DNA from: an uncultured Candidatus Saccharibacteria bacterium
Lineage (GTDB): Bacteria > Patescibacteriota > Dojkabacteria > J137
NCBI GenBank assembly: GCA_964620955.1
Contig: CAZUKH010000003.1
Location: 6,587 to 64,973 of the forward strand
Direction: 5' to 3'
Length of the DNA: 58,387 nucleotides
Below the pieces are notes generated by a model that saw only the letters and a program-made list of their open reading frames with translations, made no database searches and had not been told where the DNA came from. How positions within the stretch are numbered: the first letter of the stretch is position 1; each line of letters opens with the position of its first letter. Below, piece after piece: positions 46,995 through 57,335 of this stretch. A program made the position numbers and the translations under genes.

Positions 46995-47837
46995 GTCAAC
47001 TATTAAATTTTTACCCTTGAACTTGTAAGGCTTAGGCATTACAAGCAAATATCTTTCTGTCGTTTTAGTAGATGTGTGACCAGAAACTTTGGCAACAAAT
47101 TCTATTGAATTACCCGCATTTAGTTGATTTACAATAAAAGTATTGCGTAAATCATTAAGAGAGTAATTTTCAAGTCCGCATTTCACAAAAACCCTGTTAA
47201 CCATTGAACGTATATTGCGAACATGTATTTTATTTTTGTTTTGTGTAGCAAAAACGTATGCACTAGGAGTATTTGTGTCTTCTCTAAAAGCTTTAACAAC
47301 GAAGTACGCTGTTTTGGTAAGAGGGATAACCCTTGAACTCTTAGCTTTATTAATAGTTATAGACGGATCAGCTCCAAGCGTACAATCTTTCCATTTTAAG
47401 TTAGAAATTTCATTTATTTTTAACCCTGCTTTAAGTGCCAGAGTAATTATAGTGTAAACCTTGTCATTGCTACTTGCTGCATTAAGAATAGTTTTATATT
47501 CAGAAGCTTTAAGAAACTTGGGTAGTCTAATTTCTGGTTTAGGATATTCAATATAACTACATGGGTTTATATCTCTATAGCCCTTATCAACCATGAATTT
47601 GAAAAATTTATTTAAACTGTTTAGTTTCCTTGACAATGTCTTTCGTGTTAAGCCGTTGTTTAGTAAGGATTTAATAAAGCCGGATATCTGTGCTTCGGTT
47701 ACGTTTGTAAAACTATTGTTTATATTCAAAGAAAGCTGAGTTAAGTCAGCACAGTATGCTTTAATTGTTGCTGCGGCAAATCTATCTTCTTCTAATAGTT
47801 TTTTGAATGTTGCGATTATTTTTTCGTTAGCTCCCAT
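46992..47837 (-). CDS. XerC/D-like tyrosine recombinase
   Basis: N-terminal SAM-like domain (ATIKAYCADL, RKTLSRKLNSL), LPKFL, GLKINEI, NDLRNTF, SGH..TKTTERY. Confidence 0.88.
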   Translation of the reverse strand: MGANEKIIATFKKLLEEDRFAAATIKAYCADLTQLSLNINNSFTNVTEAQISGFIKSLLNNGLTRKTLSRKLNSLNKFFKFMVDKGYRDINPCSYIEYPKPEIRLPKFLKASEYKTILNAASSNDKVYTIITLALKAGLKINEISNLKWKDCTLGADPSITINKAKSSRVIPLTKTAYFVVKAFREDTNTPSAYVFATQNKNKIHVRNIRSMVNRVFVKCGLENYSLNDLRNTFIVNQLNAGNSIEFVAKVSGHTSTKTTERYLLVMPKPYKFKGKNLIVD

Positions 47838-47949
47838 ACCCTATATTTTACAATATTTTCAGGATTATTAGAAACTTATCGTAAGGCCCTTGTCTTTAGC
47901 CCGTGGTTTTTTACTACGATCTTTGAGGTTTTCTGATGTAAAATAAGAT

Positions 47950-48366
47950 ATGCGATTATTCAAAAAAATCTTATCAAAGTTATTTCGTCAATTTAGAGTT
48001 AATATTTCCAGGGTCGCACCTAATGGTTTCGCTCTCACAGTTGTTCTTCTTTTAGTATCTGGAATTCTTTTCGCAAATATATTCAGAGTTTTAGATAATG
48101 GAGTTAAAAATTACAATGTTTATAGAAGTGAGGTACAAGGCCTTGAAGAAGAAAGAGCAAGGAATCAACAATTAAGCCGAGAATTTCAAATAGTCACTTC
48201 AGATGAATATTTAATGCTTTTAGCAAGAGATGTTTTAAACCTCGTAAGGCCAGGTGAGACAATCTTTACAACAAAGCCTACACAAAACTTTTATGAGGTC
48301 AAAGTTAACTACCTTAACCCACGGGAAAAAGAATCGTTTTTAGACTGGTGGCTTTTGTTGATGTAG
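47950..48366 (+). CDS. Septum formation initiator (FtsB/DivIC family)
   Basis: Single TM, coiled coil, SDEYL..LARDVLNLVRPGETIF. Confidence 0.75.
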   Translation: MRLFKKILSKLFRQFRVNISRVAPNGFALTVVLLLVSGILFANIFRVLDNGVKNYNVYRSEVQGLEEERARNQQLSREFQIVTSDEYLMLLARDVLNLVRPGETIFTTKPTQNFYEVKVNYLNPREKESFLDWWLLLM

Positions 48367-48421
48367 AATTGCAATAGGTGGTATAATTCCGAACGAAATG
48401 CGATAACAATAACTCAAGCAT

Positions 48422-48493
48422 CGCGGGGTAGAGCAGTGGCAGCTCGTCAGGCTCATAACCTGAAGGTCGAACGTTCGAATCGTTCCCCCGCAA
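48422..48493 (+). tRNA. Initiator tRNA-fMet (CAU)
   Basis: CGCGGGG/CCCCGCA-A with C1:A72 mismatch; TCAGG CTCATAA CCTGA. Confidence 0.95.
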
Positions 48494-48503
48494 TAAAAAA
48501 GAC

Positions 48504-48543
48504 CAAAAATGAGCCTCTACACGTTTGCAGAGGCTCATTTTTG
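48504..48543. terminator. 15-bp perfect hairpin after tRNA-fMet
   Basis: CAAAAATGAGCCTCT-N10-AGAGGCTCATTTTTG. Confidence 0.7.
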
Positions 48544-48552
48544 ATAAAGAGA

Positions 48553-48678
48553 ATGAGCTACTTCGTATATTGTTTAAAATCCAGTAAAAACCCAAAGTTC
48601 CATTATTTTGTACAACCTTGTAGTCTTGACCGTCACTACCGGCTAAGCAATTGGGTAGTTAATTTCAGGTATTTTTGA
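48553..48678 (+). pseudogene. Truncated GIY-YIG nuclease remnant
   Basis: MSYFVYCLKSSKNPKFHY resembles the GIY-YIG start (YxVYxLxS..xYxG); the Gly and the rest of the domain are missing. Confidence 0.5.
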
Positions 48679-48707
48679 TAAAATTGCCAAGAATTGTTAG
48701 TTTTATT

Positions 48708-48781
48708 GCCGGGGTAGCTCAGTTGGTTAGAGCACAGGATTCATAAACCTGAGGTCGTGAGTTCGATTCTCACCCCCGGCA
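48708..48781 (+). tRNA. tRNA with CAU anticodon, probably elongator tRNA-Met
   Basis: GCCGGGG/CCCCGGC-A, CAGGA TTCATAA ACCTG (A31:A39 mismatch), GTGAG TTCGATT CTCAC. Confidence 0.9.
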
Positions 48782-48819
48782 TAGTCAATTTTTCACCTGA
48801 GCAGATAAAATTTTATGGT

Positions 48820-49320
48820 TTATTCGTGCAAGCCAGCAACGTAACTAAACCACACAAATAAAACAATAAATATTGTTACACCAAATGTCGAAAGAATTTG
48901 CGCATCTTTCCCACTATAATGTCCAAACGTTAATGTGTGCATACGAGCTCTGTTTGCGTAAAGACTTTTTCTGAAAAACCCAATAGAAAGAATAATGGCT
49001 TGAATAATAAAAATTATCGCAATTAACCTAAGCAAGCTGGAACTATAAAAATAGCTTTCTAATTTTGCGTAAGGATTATCTAAGTTGTTACCTGAAATAA
49101 TCCAAAATATATTAAATGGCCGTATAGCTAAGAGTATTAGCGTGATCAAATTTAATATGCTTGCAAAAATTGACAAGTAATAGTCAAGTTTATATTTAAT
49201 TGAGTTTGGTTTAGATATTTTTACGGAATTTAAAAAAACTATAGATATTTGCAAAACTGCAAATACTGAATAAGTGAAAATAATCAAAAAAAGAATGTAA
49301 ATACTTTGTTCTGTTGACAT
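48820..49320 (-). CDS. Hypothetical 4-TM membrane protein
   Basis: Four hydrophobic segments; TATTAT 6 nt before ATG. Confidence 0.65.
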   Translation of the reverse strand: MSTEQSIYILFLIIFTYSVFAVLQISIVFLNSVKISKPNSIKYKLDYYLSIFASILNLITLILLAIRPFNIFWIISGNNLDNPYAKLESYFYSSSLLRLIAIIFIIQAIILSIGFFRKSLYANRARMHTLTFGHYSGKDAQILSTFGVTIFIVLFVWFSYVAGLHE

Positions 49321-49413
49321 AACATAATAATACCGCTTAAATTTTTAAGATTCAAATGCAGAAATTGCAAACCCCTGCTATACTTTACAAGATACAAAAT
49401 TCAAACATATTTT

Positions 49414-51843
49414 ATGAGTAACAATAAATCCAACCCAACTTCAAAGTCAGAACTAGATAAAAAGCCAGCAGCTGAAACTGAGAAAAGCCCTAGAGAAAAA
49501 GAGATAGAAATGTTTACAACACAACTTGCTAAAAAGATTCAAAAACTTAATTCTCAATCTAAAAAGCCGAGAAATGTTCGCTCGATAAGTTTTAATCCAA
49601 TAATTATTGGAGTTACAGTTGTACTTTTGATGTTTATTTCGTTTAGTCTTTTTAATCAACCAATATCAAGCGAGACGCTAAGTATAACTGAGGTCTTTGA
49701 TGGTTTAAGAACTAACAGATTTTCGCAATTAACTGTACAAAATGATGGCGTAATTCAGGCTAAAGAAAAGTCATATTTAATTACCTCAGATAGTATTGAT
49801 GTAAAGACAATAGACACAGAGCTAATCGACACTGCAAAGCCTTCGGCAGGATTAAAATCAGTATCTTTTGCTGAAATAAAATCTTTGTTTCAAGAGCAAG
49901 ATTTGGTTACCAGAATTCGTAATACTCAAAGTGTTTCTGAAGTATTATTTGCTAATGATTTTACAATTGTACTAACACAGGGAGGGGATGAAAGTTATAT
50001 TATTGAAGGGGTAAATGAACAAGACTTTAAAAATCTACTACAAAATGAGGGAATTTCCCTTGATAGTCTTCCTTTTAAGCTAAGGCCACTAAGAGTTTTT
50101 GGTCAGCAAGTTAATGGAGATACAGCTGTACAAAGAGCTGATGCGGGTTTAGTTGAGGCGATTATTGATACAGGCTCGATAATAATAATGCAGATTCCAG
50201 ACAATAAAGTATCGACTTTTAATATTGATTGGAATCAAAATATCTCCTCATTTGTTCAAGCTTTACAAGAAGAAGGATTCGCAATTTCTGGTAGTGACCT
50301 TACTTATGAGGTTTTATCTTCAAATATTCCTGCTGGTATCACACTTGACACAATATTAACTCTGTTAACAATTGTTGGGTTTGTGTTTTTAGGCTTCATA
50401 ATATTTAGAAGTGCGCAGTCTTCCGGCATGGGCATAATGCAATTTGGTCAGTCAAAGGCAAAAATGTTTTTTGGCAAAAAAACCGAGGTTTCATTTAAAG
50501 ATGTTGCCGGAATTGATGAGGCACGAGAAGAGTTAAATGAAATTGTAGAGTTTTTAAGACAACCAAATAAATTTAGAAAGTTAGGTGCAAGAATCCCAAA
50601 GGGAATATTAATGTATGGGCCTCCAGGTACAGGTAAAACTTTACTTGCAAGGGCAATTGCAGGTGAAGCAGGTGTTCCTTTTTTTCATACATCTGGTTCT
50701 GAATTCGAAGAAATGCTTGTAGGTGCTGGTGCATCTAGGGTAAGAGATCTCTTTGATAAAGCAAAAAAAGCAGCACCTTCGTTAATTTTCATTGATGAAA
50801 TTGATGCAGTAGCAAGAAAACGAGGCACAAGAATTCAATCTGGTACTACTGAACAGACTTTAAACCAAATTCTTGTCGAAATGGATGGATTTGAGAAGAA
50901 TACAAATGTAATAGTTATTGCAGCAACCAATAGGCCAGATGTATTGGATGACGCAATTTTACGTCCAGGTCGATTCGATAGACAAGTTAGGATAGAACTT
51001 CCAGATAAGGATGGGAGAATGCAAATCCTACTTATTCATACGAAAAATAAACCTTTAGCTAAAAATGTTGATTTAGAAAGAATAGCAAAAAGAACTGTAG
51101 GCTTTACAGGTGCAGACTTAGAAAACATAATGAACGAGGCGGCAATAATTGCAGCTAAGGTGGAAGCAAACGAAATAGATATGAAACATGTTGAGGAGGC
51201 TGTTGAGAAAGTTATTTTAGGACCAGCAAAGCGTTCTCGAAAAAGAACAGAAAAAGAGCTACAACTTGTTGCCTACCATGAAGCGGGTCACGCCTTGGTT
51301 GCTTGGTTCACTGAAAAAGCAGTGCCGGTAGAAAAAATATCAATAGTATCAAGAGGTAATTCTGGTGGAGTAACTATGTTTATACCCGATAAGGATGAAA
51401 ATATAGTTTCTAAAAAAAGATTATTGGCCGACATTAAAGTGGCTTTAGGTGGAAGGGCAGCCGAAGAAATTGCACTTGATGATATCTCTACTGGTGCTTC
51501 AAATGATATTGAACAAGCTACTCAAACTGCACGTAAAATGATTCAGCGTTTTGGTATGAGTGAACAACTAGGACTTATTCAGTATGGTCAACCTCTCGAC
51601 AGTCAGTATCTTGGATACCACTACGGAGATTCAAAAGACTATTCCGAAAAAACGGCAGAAAAAATAGATGAAGAGGTAAGGACTCTTATACATGATTCTT
51701 ACAAGTACGATTTATCTTTATTAAAAAGCAAAAGATATTTGCTGGACAAACTTGCAAACCTTCTTTTGGATAAAGAAGTTCTCGATCGTGAAGAGTTTGA
51801 AAAATTGTTTAAAGAAGAGGAAGGTAGTAGGCAAAAGATATAA
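49414..51843 (+). CDS. ftsH: ATP-dependent zinc metalloprotease FtsH
   Basis: Two TMs, [29 protein letters not shown]. Confidence 0.97.
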   Translation: MSNNKSNPTSKSELDKKPAAETEKSPREKEIEMFTTQLAKKIQKLNSQSKKPRNVRSISFNPIIIGVTVVLLMFISFSLFNQPISSETLSITEVFDGLRTNRFSQLTVQNDGVIQAKEKSYLITSDSIDVKTIDTELIDTAKPSAGLKSVSFAEIKSLFQEQDLVTRIRNTQSVSEVLFANDFTIVLTQGGDESYIIEGVNEQDFKNLLQNEGISLDSLPFKLRPLRVFGQQVNGDTAVQRADAGLVEAIIDTGSIIIMQIPDNKVSTFNIDWNQNISSFVQALQEEGFAISGSDLTYEVLSSNIPAGITLDTILTLLTIVGFVFLGFIIFRSAQSSGMGIMQFGQSKAKMFFGKKTEVSFKDVAGIDEAREELNEIVEFLRQPNKFRKLGARIPKGILMYGPPGTGKTLLARAIAGEAGVPFFHTSGSEFEEMLVGAGASRVRDLFDKAKKAAPSLIFIDEIDAVARKRGTRIQSGTTEQTLNQILVEMDGFEKNTNVIVIAATNRPDVLDDAILRPGRFDRQVRIELPDKDGRMQILLIHTKNKPLAKNVDLERIAKRTVGFTGADLENIMNEAAIIAAKVEANEIDMKHVEEAVEKVILGPAKRSRKRTEKELQLVAYHEAGHALVAWFTEKAVPVEKISIVSRGNSGGVTMFIPDKDENIVSKKRLLADIKVALGGRAAEEIALDDISTGASNDIEQATQTARKMIQRFGMSEQLGLIQYGQPLDSQYLGYHYGDSKDYSEKTAEKIDEEVRTLIHDSYKYDLSLLKSKRYLLDKLANLLLDKEVLDREEFEKLFKEEEGSRQKI

Positions 51844-52005
51844 GTAAAAAGGAAAAACGAAGTAGGAATTGGTAAAAAGGGTAAACTAAAAATCTCCTAC
51901 CGCCACCTGTTTTGGCAGGCCAACAGGTTGACCATGACATGAGTAATGTCTTTCATTGATTTCGCATAAAGTTCTATGTAGTTTTAAGTGTTATAATAAC
52001 TACAA

Positions 52006-54624
52006 ATGTCTTCTCAGAATACTAAAATCGTCATTATCGATTCATTCGCATTAATTTTCAGGGCTTATTATGCTTATCCACCAACTCTTACTTTGGCTGA
52101 TGGTACTCAAATAAATGCAGTTTACGGTTTCGCGAGTTTATTTTTAGATGTTTTATTAAAATTTAAGCCAACTCATGTAATTGCAGTATATGAGTCAGAA
52201 ACACCAACAGTTAGGGCTTCCGAATTTAGTGAGTATAAAGCTAATCGAAAAGAAACTGACAATGAGTTAATAGCTCAAATACCTTTAGTTAAGAAACTTC
52301 TTGAGTCTTTCGATGTGCCGGTAATTAACGTAAATGGATATGAAGCTGATGATGTAGTAGGTACACTTGCAAAACAGTTTGATGGTCACGAAATTATTAT
52401 TGTCACTGGAGATCAAGACCTTTTTCAACTTGTTAAGTCGAATACAAGCGTTTATTTAGCAGGCAGGTCTTTTTCAGAATCCAAGCTTTACAAAAGTGCA
52501 GAAGTCTTTTCAAAATTAGGCATTACTCCTTCTCAGGTTACTGATTACAAGGCACTCTGTGGCGACCCTTCAGACAACATACCAGGTGTAAAAGGCATCG
52601 GAAAAACAACTGCACAAAAACTCATAGCTGAATATGAAAGTATAGAAAATATTTACTCTAAGATCGATGATATAAAAGGAACAGTGCAAAAAAAACTTGT
52701 AGATGGCTATGATATGGCCTTAAAGTCAAAGCAGCTTGCTACAATTATATGTGATGTTCCTTTATCTTTCAGGCTTGAAAAAGGGCTTTTTAAAACTATA
52801 GATGTAAACCATATAAAAAAGGTTTTTGCCGAGTACAGGTTTAAATCACTTGAGAAAAAACTTGATGCAGTTATTAGCAACACGGACATTAAAGAAATAA
52901 AAGGGAATAGTCCTCAAAACTATTTTGAGCAGCGGTTAAGTAAGAAAACGAAAATGCCTAACTTAGCTAACTTAGATGTAGTTTATGTTTGTTTCGAATC
53001 ATTAGATTCGCACCCATTAAAAATGGATATTAAAGATTTATTTATATCTACAGATGAGGCAGAGCTTTACTTGGTGGATTGTCTTTCTTTTGCTCAAAAT
53101 CTTTCACAGCTAAAAAAAAATGACTTAAAAATATATTGTAATAATGCAAAGGAGTTAATGCATTTTTTTGAAAACAATGGGTTGGTTTTAGCAGCTAAGA
53201 CTAAAATTTATGACATTGGCTACATGGTTCAAATACTTAGCAAAGGGCTTCATGGACACAGCTTGCAAGATATTTTCAATTATATAGATGCTCCTTTTCA
53301 GCCATCTAAGCTTGAGGAAGCAGTAGTAATTTTGCCCGAAATAGTTAATGAGCTTCGCAAAGAATTTGCAGGTAACGATAAGCTTCAAAATGTATTCTTG
53401 CTCGAATCTAGCCTTATTCCAGTTGTTGTAAGCATGGAACGAAGTGGTATTGTTTTAGACACAAAAAAACTTAGCGAATTTGGACAGGTTCTTCAAAAAA
53501 TAAAAGAAAAACTGCAACAAGATATTTACAAGTTAGTAGGTCATGAGTTTAATATAAATTCTCCTAAACAGGTTTCCCAAGTTCTTTTTGTTGAAAAAGG
53601 TTTATCTTCAAAAAGAAAGACAAAAGGAGGGGCTCTATCGACAAATGAAAGAGAATTAAAAAAACTTATAGATTTAGATCCAGTTGTAAAAAAGGTTTTA
53701 GATTACAGAGAAGTAGATAAGCTTTTGTCTACATATGTGAATGCACTCCCACAGTTTGTTAATACTGATGGCAAAGTACATGCTATTTTTGATCAAATGG
53801 GTGCTGTTTCAGGTAGATTTTCGTCCAAAAACCCAAATATGCAAAATATTCCTCTGGGGCAGGCTTATGGAATAAATATTAGAGATGCTTTTGTAGCGGA
53901 AAAGGGAGAACTTCTTATATCATTCGATTATTCACAACAAGAGTTAAGGATTCTTGCAGCATTAGCAAATGAAGAAGTAATGATAAAGGCATTTAATAAT
54001 GGTGAAGATATTCATAAGATTACAGCGGCTTCTCTTTTTGGTAAGTCACTGGACAAGGTTTCTGATAAAGAAAGGTCAATTGGTAAAACTGTAAACTTCA
54101 GCATTATTTACGGTATTTCAGGCTTCGGATTGGCCGAAAGATTACGTTTGCCAAAATCTAAAGCTCAGGAATTTATAGATAAGTTTTATGAAAAATATTC
54201 TGCAATTTATAACTATCTTGAAGAACAAAAACAATTAGTTTCACAAATCAGATGCGCCGAGACCATTATGGGAAGGCAGCGACAAAATAATCTAATAAAA
54301 TCGGGTCAATGGTTTGTAAAAAGTGCAGCAGAAAGAGAGCTTATAAACTTTAGAATACAAGGTTCAGCAGCAGATCTTATTAAGCAGGCAATGGTAAGAA
54401 TATTTGAAGATGTTATGCCAAAATTTCCTAATTCCAAACTTCTTGCACAAATTCACGATGAATTATTGTTTTCTATCTCTGAAGAAAATAATAAAGAAAT
54501 AACAAACTTTATAAAAAGCATTAGTAATACTATGCAATCGGTATTAGATATTGGAGTAGAGTATAAGGTGGAGTTTAAGATTGGTACTAAATGGGGTAGT
54601 CTTAAAAAAGTGGAAAAATCTTAG
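52006..54624 (+). CDS. polA: DNA polymerase I
   Basis: 5'-3' exonuclease (YKANR, YEADD, GDPSDNIPGV), polymerase motifs FDYSQQELR, KTVNFSIIYG, QIHDELLF. Confidence 0.97.
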   Translation: MSSQNTKIVIIDSFALIFRAYYAYPPTLTLADGTQINAVYGFASLFLDVLLKFKPTHVIAVYESETPTVRASEFSEYKANRKETDNELIAQIPLVKKLLESFDVPVINVNGYEADDVVGTLAKQFDGHEIIIVTGDQDLFQLVKSNTSVYLAGRSFSESKLYKSAEVFSKLGITPSQVTDYKALCGDPSDNIPGVKGIGKTTAQKLIAEYESIENIYSKIDDIKGTVQKKLVDGYDMALKSKQLATIICDVPLSFRLEKGLFKTIDVNHIKKVFAEYRFKSLEKKLDAVISNTDIKEIKGNSPQNYFEQRLSKKTKMPNLANLDVVYVCFESLDSHPLKMDIKDLFISTDEAELYLVDCLSFAQNLSQLKKNDLKIYCNNAKELMHFFENNGLVLAAKTKIYDIGYMVQILSKGLHGHSLQDIFNYIDAPFQPSKLEEAVVILPEIVNELRKEFAGNDKLQNVFLLESSLIPVVVSMERSGIVLDTKKLSEFGQVLQKIKEKLQQDIYKLVGHEFNINSPKQVSQVLFVEKGLSSKRKTKGGALSTNERELKKLIDLDPVVKKVLDYREVDKLLSTYVNALPQFVNTDGKVHAIFDQMGAVSGRFSSKNPNMQNIPLGQAYGINIRDAFVAEKGELLISFDYSQQELRILAALANEEVMIKAFNNGEDIHKITAASLFGKSLDKVSDKERSIGKTVNFSIIYGISGFGLAERLRLPKSKAQEFIDKFYEKYSAIYNYLEEQKQLVSQIRCAETIMGRQRQNNLIKSGQWFVKSAAERELINFRIQGSAADLIKQAMVRIFEDVMPKFPNSKLLAQIHDELLFSISEENNKEITNFIKSISNTMQSVLDIGVEYKVEFKIGTKWGSLKKVEKS

Positions 54625-54629
54625 AAAAA

Positions 54630-55178
54630 ATGGGAAACTTAATAAGTAAACTCCTTAATTTTATGAATTCATTCTTGAAAAAGTATTACTTGATTTTAGT
54701 GGCAGCTGTATTTGCGCTTGGTATTTTTTTATTTGTGGTTTTGTCAGGTAGTAAGAATGAGTTTACTTATACAAATTACAATATTGAAGAGGTTGAGTTT
54801 ACAGGTATTGAGGCCAGTGAAAATGAAGATTTATACATTACAGTTGAAGATGCCGGAAGTGTTGTTAAATACTCTATAACTAATCAAACAAGAGAAGAAG
54901 TGTACCCATACTCAGAGGTTTTTTATTATGATGGTGACTGGCAACGCGCCAACACCTTAATTTGTGGAATATGTGGTTCAGATATTATTGATTGTCTTGA
55001 AAGCCTGGCATATGAAGCAATTGCTCCAAATGGGAAAGTAGATCTTGTGTGGGATAAAACAATTAGGTATTGTGATGCCTCTGGCGATGTGGTGATTGAA
55101 ATGGCTGGGAAGGGTCTTTATAAAGTCTCTTCTTGGATTTCTAATAAAGAGTATTACAGATATTTTGAGATAAAATAA
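54630..55178 (+). CDS. Hypothetical membrane-anchored protein
   Basis: N-terminal TM, acidic beta-rich domain with CGIC. Confidence 0.65.
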   Translation: MGNLISKLLNFMNSFLKKYYLILVAAVFALGIFLFVVLSGSKNEFTYTNYNIEEVEFTGIEASENEDLYITVEDAGSVVKYSITNQTREEVYPYSEVFYYDGDWQRANTLICGICGSDIIDCLESLAYEAIAPNGKVDLVWDKTIRYCDASGDVVIEMAGKGLYKVSSWISNKEYYRYFEIK

Positions 55179-55562
55179 ATGAAAGATAAAACCCGGTTTT
55201 TACTATTTTTGTTATTTATAACTGCAACTGCTTTAGTTTCGAGGAGGTTAACTAGACAGGGTAGTAGCAAGCATTATTTTGCGATTCAACATGATAAAGA
55301 TGTTTATAAAAAAGCAAAAAACGACGTAGTCAAAAAAACACAAAAAACCCCAAGACGTAATAAAAATGGTTTAAATCAAAGGCAGCTAAAAATTATGGAT
55401 TTCCTTGCCAATAAAACTGTTGCGTCAATAAAGGATATAGGCAAAGAGTTTAAGGGTATATCTGAAAGAACTTTACGACGTGATTTGCAAGATTTAGTAT
55501 TGCAAAAGTTTGCTGCTAAAAAAGGCTCTACAAAAAATGCAGAGTACTCTATAATTAAATAG
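55179..55562 (+). CDS. DeoR-type winged HTH protein with N-terminal hydrophobic anchor
   Basis: LNQRQLKIMDFL..ISERTLRRDLQDL..KKGSTK. Confidence 0.78.
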   Translation: MKDKTRFLLFLLFITATALVSRRLTRQGSSKHYFAIQHDKDVYKKAKNDVVKKTQKTPRRNKNGLNQRQLKIMDFLANKTVASIKDIGKEFKGISERTLRRDLQDLVLQKFAAKKGSTKNAEYSIIK

Positions 55563-55636
55563 TAGTGGTAGTTGAAATTAGTTAAATAATTAAATACAAT
55601 TTACAGTAAATACATTATAAATTATTAATAGTTTAA

Positions 55637-56596
55637 ATGAAAAAGTTGCTTTTAGTCATAGGGATAGTTTTAGTCGCAGGGTTAGCTTTTTTACTTGGAG
55701 ATTATTTTAGGCCTGGAATCTTTTGGCGAACCACCCCAGCTCCAGTAATAGAAGAGGAAGAAGGTGGAGTTGTTGAAGAGCCTGAAGTTGAAGATGTTTT
55801 GTCGGTTAGAGAGCTTGTAAGTGTTAGTGCTTCAGATGAAATTAGTCAAGAGATTGTAAATGTTGAAGGTGTGGTATACGAAAAGGATACTAAGTCACTT
55901 ACTGTCGTTGATGGTGACACGTATATTGTTGCAAATTTTGAAAAGTCAAGTGACATTCCTTCTTCAGTAAATATTGGTGATACTGTAACAATATCAGGTA
56001 CTGTTGATAGTGTTGATTCTACAGGTAAGAGTGTTGTTGTAATTGCTGAATCTGTCAAAGAGCAATCCGGAGGTTCAACTACGAATAGTGAGTTTGAAGC
56101 TGATGCTACAAGGGCTGTTTATGTAAAAGGTGAAATTACGAGTTTTAGTGGTTTGAGTACAGTAATTTTGGAAGATGAAATGGGTGCTGAAATAAGAGTA
56201 AGGTTTGGAGTAACAAGAGATGTTACATCTTCTTTTGAAGTTGGTGATGTTGTAAGGGTTAGAGGATTTGTTACTTCAGTAGATTCTTCAGGAAGTTCTG
56301 TACAAATGCGAGGTGAGTTTATTCAATTAATAAAACGGGATACTGGTTTAGGAAACCCTTCTTCGACTACAAAGGAACTAATATTTGTTGAGGGTACCGT
56401 TGTTTCAGTTGACTCAAAGACTTTGGTATTAGAGGATACAACTGGTGCAACTGTTACAGTAGTGTTTAATAAGTTCTCTTCAATCCTTGGAACTGTTAAT
56501 GAAGGTGAGGATGTGGTGGTTGCCGGGTATGTTGACTCGGTAGATAGTACAGGAACTTCAATAACTATGGAAGGAAAGTGGATTGTTGGGATGTAG
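55637..56596 (+). CDS. Surface protein with three tandem OB-fold-like repeats
   Basis: N-terminal anchor; three V.G.V..GD/GE.V.V.G.V.SVDS.G repeats. Confidence 0.7.
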   Translation: MKKLLLVIGIVLVAGLAFLLGDYFRPGIFWRTTPAPVIEEEEGGVVEEPEVEDVLSVRELVSVSASDEISQEIVNVEGVVYEKDTKSLTVVDGDTYIVANFEKSSDIPSSVNIGDTVTISGTVDSVDSTGKSVVVIAESVKEQSGGSTTNSEFEADATRAVYVKGEITSFSGLSTVILEDEMGAEIRVRFGVTRDVTSSFEVGDVVRVRGFVTSVDSSGSSVQMRGEFIQLIKRDTGLGNPSSTTKELIFVEGTVVSVDSKTLVLEDTTGATVTVVFNKFSSILGTVNEGEDVVVAGYVDSVDSTGTSITMEGKWIVGM

Positions 56597-56656
56597 GTTA
56601 TGGGAAAAGGAGAGTCTATTTCAAAATTTTAACCTAAATATTATTTTTAATTTCTT

Positions 56657-57133
56657 ATGTCAGATCAATCCCCAATTAATCTATCCGAAAACGGAGTCTC
56701 CCTCGAAACTTTGCAACAACAGGAGGCCGCTGTTTCAGATATCGTTGATTATGTAAAGAATGTTGAAAGCAAGATTAGAGATTCCTTTAGTAATCAAGAT
56801 CAAGTTTCAACTAATAACATTGATATTGATTTCTACCTTGGCCCTGGTCAAAATGGAATACAACAAATTATTAACAGTGACGAACCAGGGCAAATGGTAC
56901 TTTATCTTACAGAACTTTCTAATTATATTGGGAGTCTCCCAAACGATGATGAATTGTATATGGAAATTGCAGAGCTTTATAGAGGATTCCCCAAATTAGA
57001 TGAAAAATCTCTTGCAAGGATTAACCCTGAAGGTGAATACTCATACTTTATGGCTAATCAACAGGGAGTGGGGCAAGTTTCTGGACCACTTGATTTTTTA
57101 AAAAAAATAATTGAATCCCGTTATAGTGTATAG
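56657..57133 (+). CDS. Hypothetical protein
   Basis: 158-aa ORF with AT-rich leader; no recognised motif. Confidence 0.55.
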   Translation: MSDQSPINLSENGVSLETLQQQEAAVSDIVDYVKNVESKIRDSFSNQDQVSTNNIDIDFYLGPGQNGIQQIINSDEPGQMVLYLTELSNYIGSLPNDDELYMEIAELYRGFPKLDEKSLARINPEGEYSYFMANQQGVGQVSGPLDFLKKIIESRYSV

Positions 57134-57335
57134 TCGCTTATAGCTAGCACTATTACTGGAACGTCAGAAACTTTTGGAAATAATGACAAATCTTTGGTTT
57201 AGTGAGTATTAGTTGTTTGTTCTTACAGCAAATCTTTCCCGGTTCTAAGACTAGTTTTGAGCAAATGTAAGTAAAGCTATATGGATTTCGTAAGAACTTA
57301 ATGTCATGGAGTTGAGAAACTTAATATAGGTGTTT

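Noticed and set aside
48314-48595. ORFs 48314-48595 (-) and the first 39 codons of 48436-48678 (+)
   Set aside because: They overlap tRNA-fMet; only the part from ATG 48553 is kept, as a remnant
46733-48781. Prophage or genomic island at tRNA-Ile with integrase
   Set aside because: The repeats enclose only 125 bp, the recombinase is outside them, and the flanking genes are core; no phage genes
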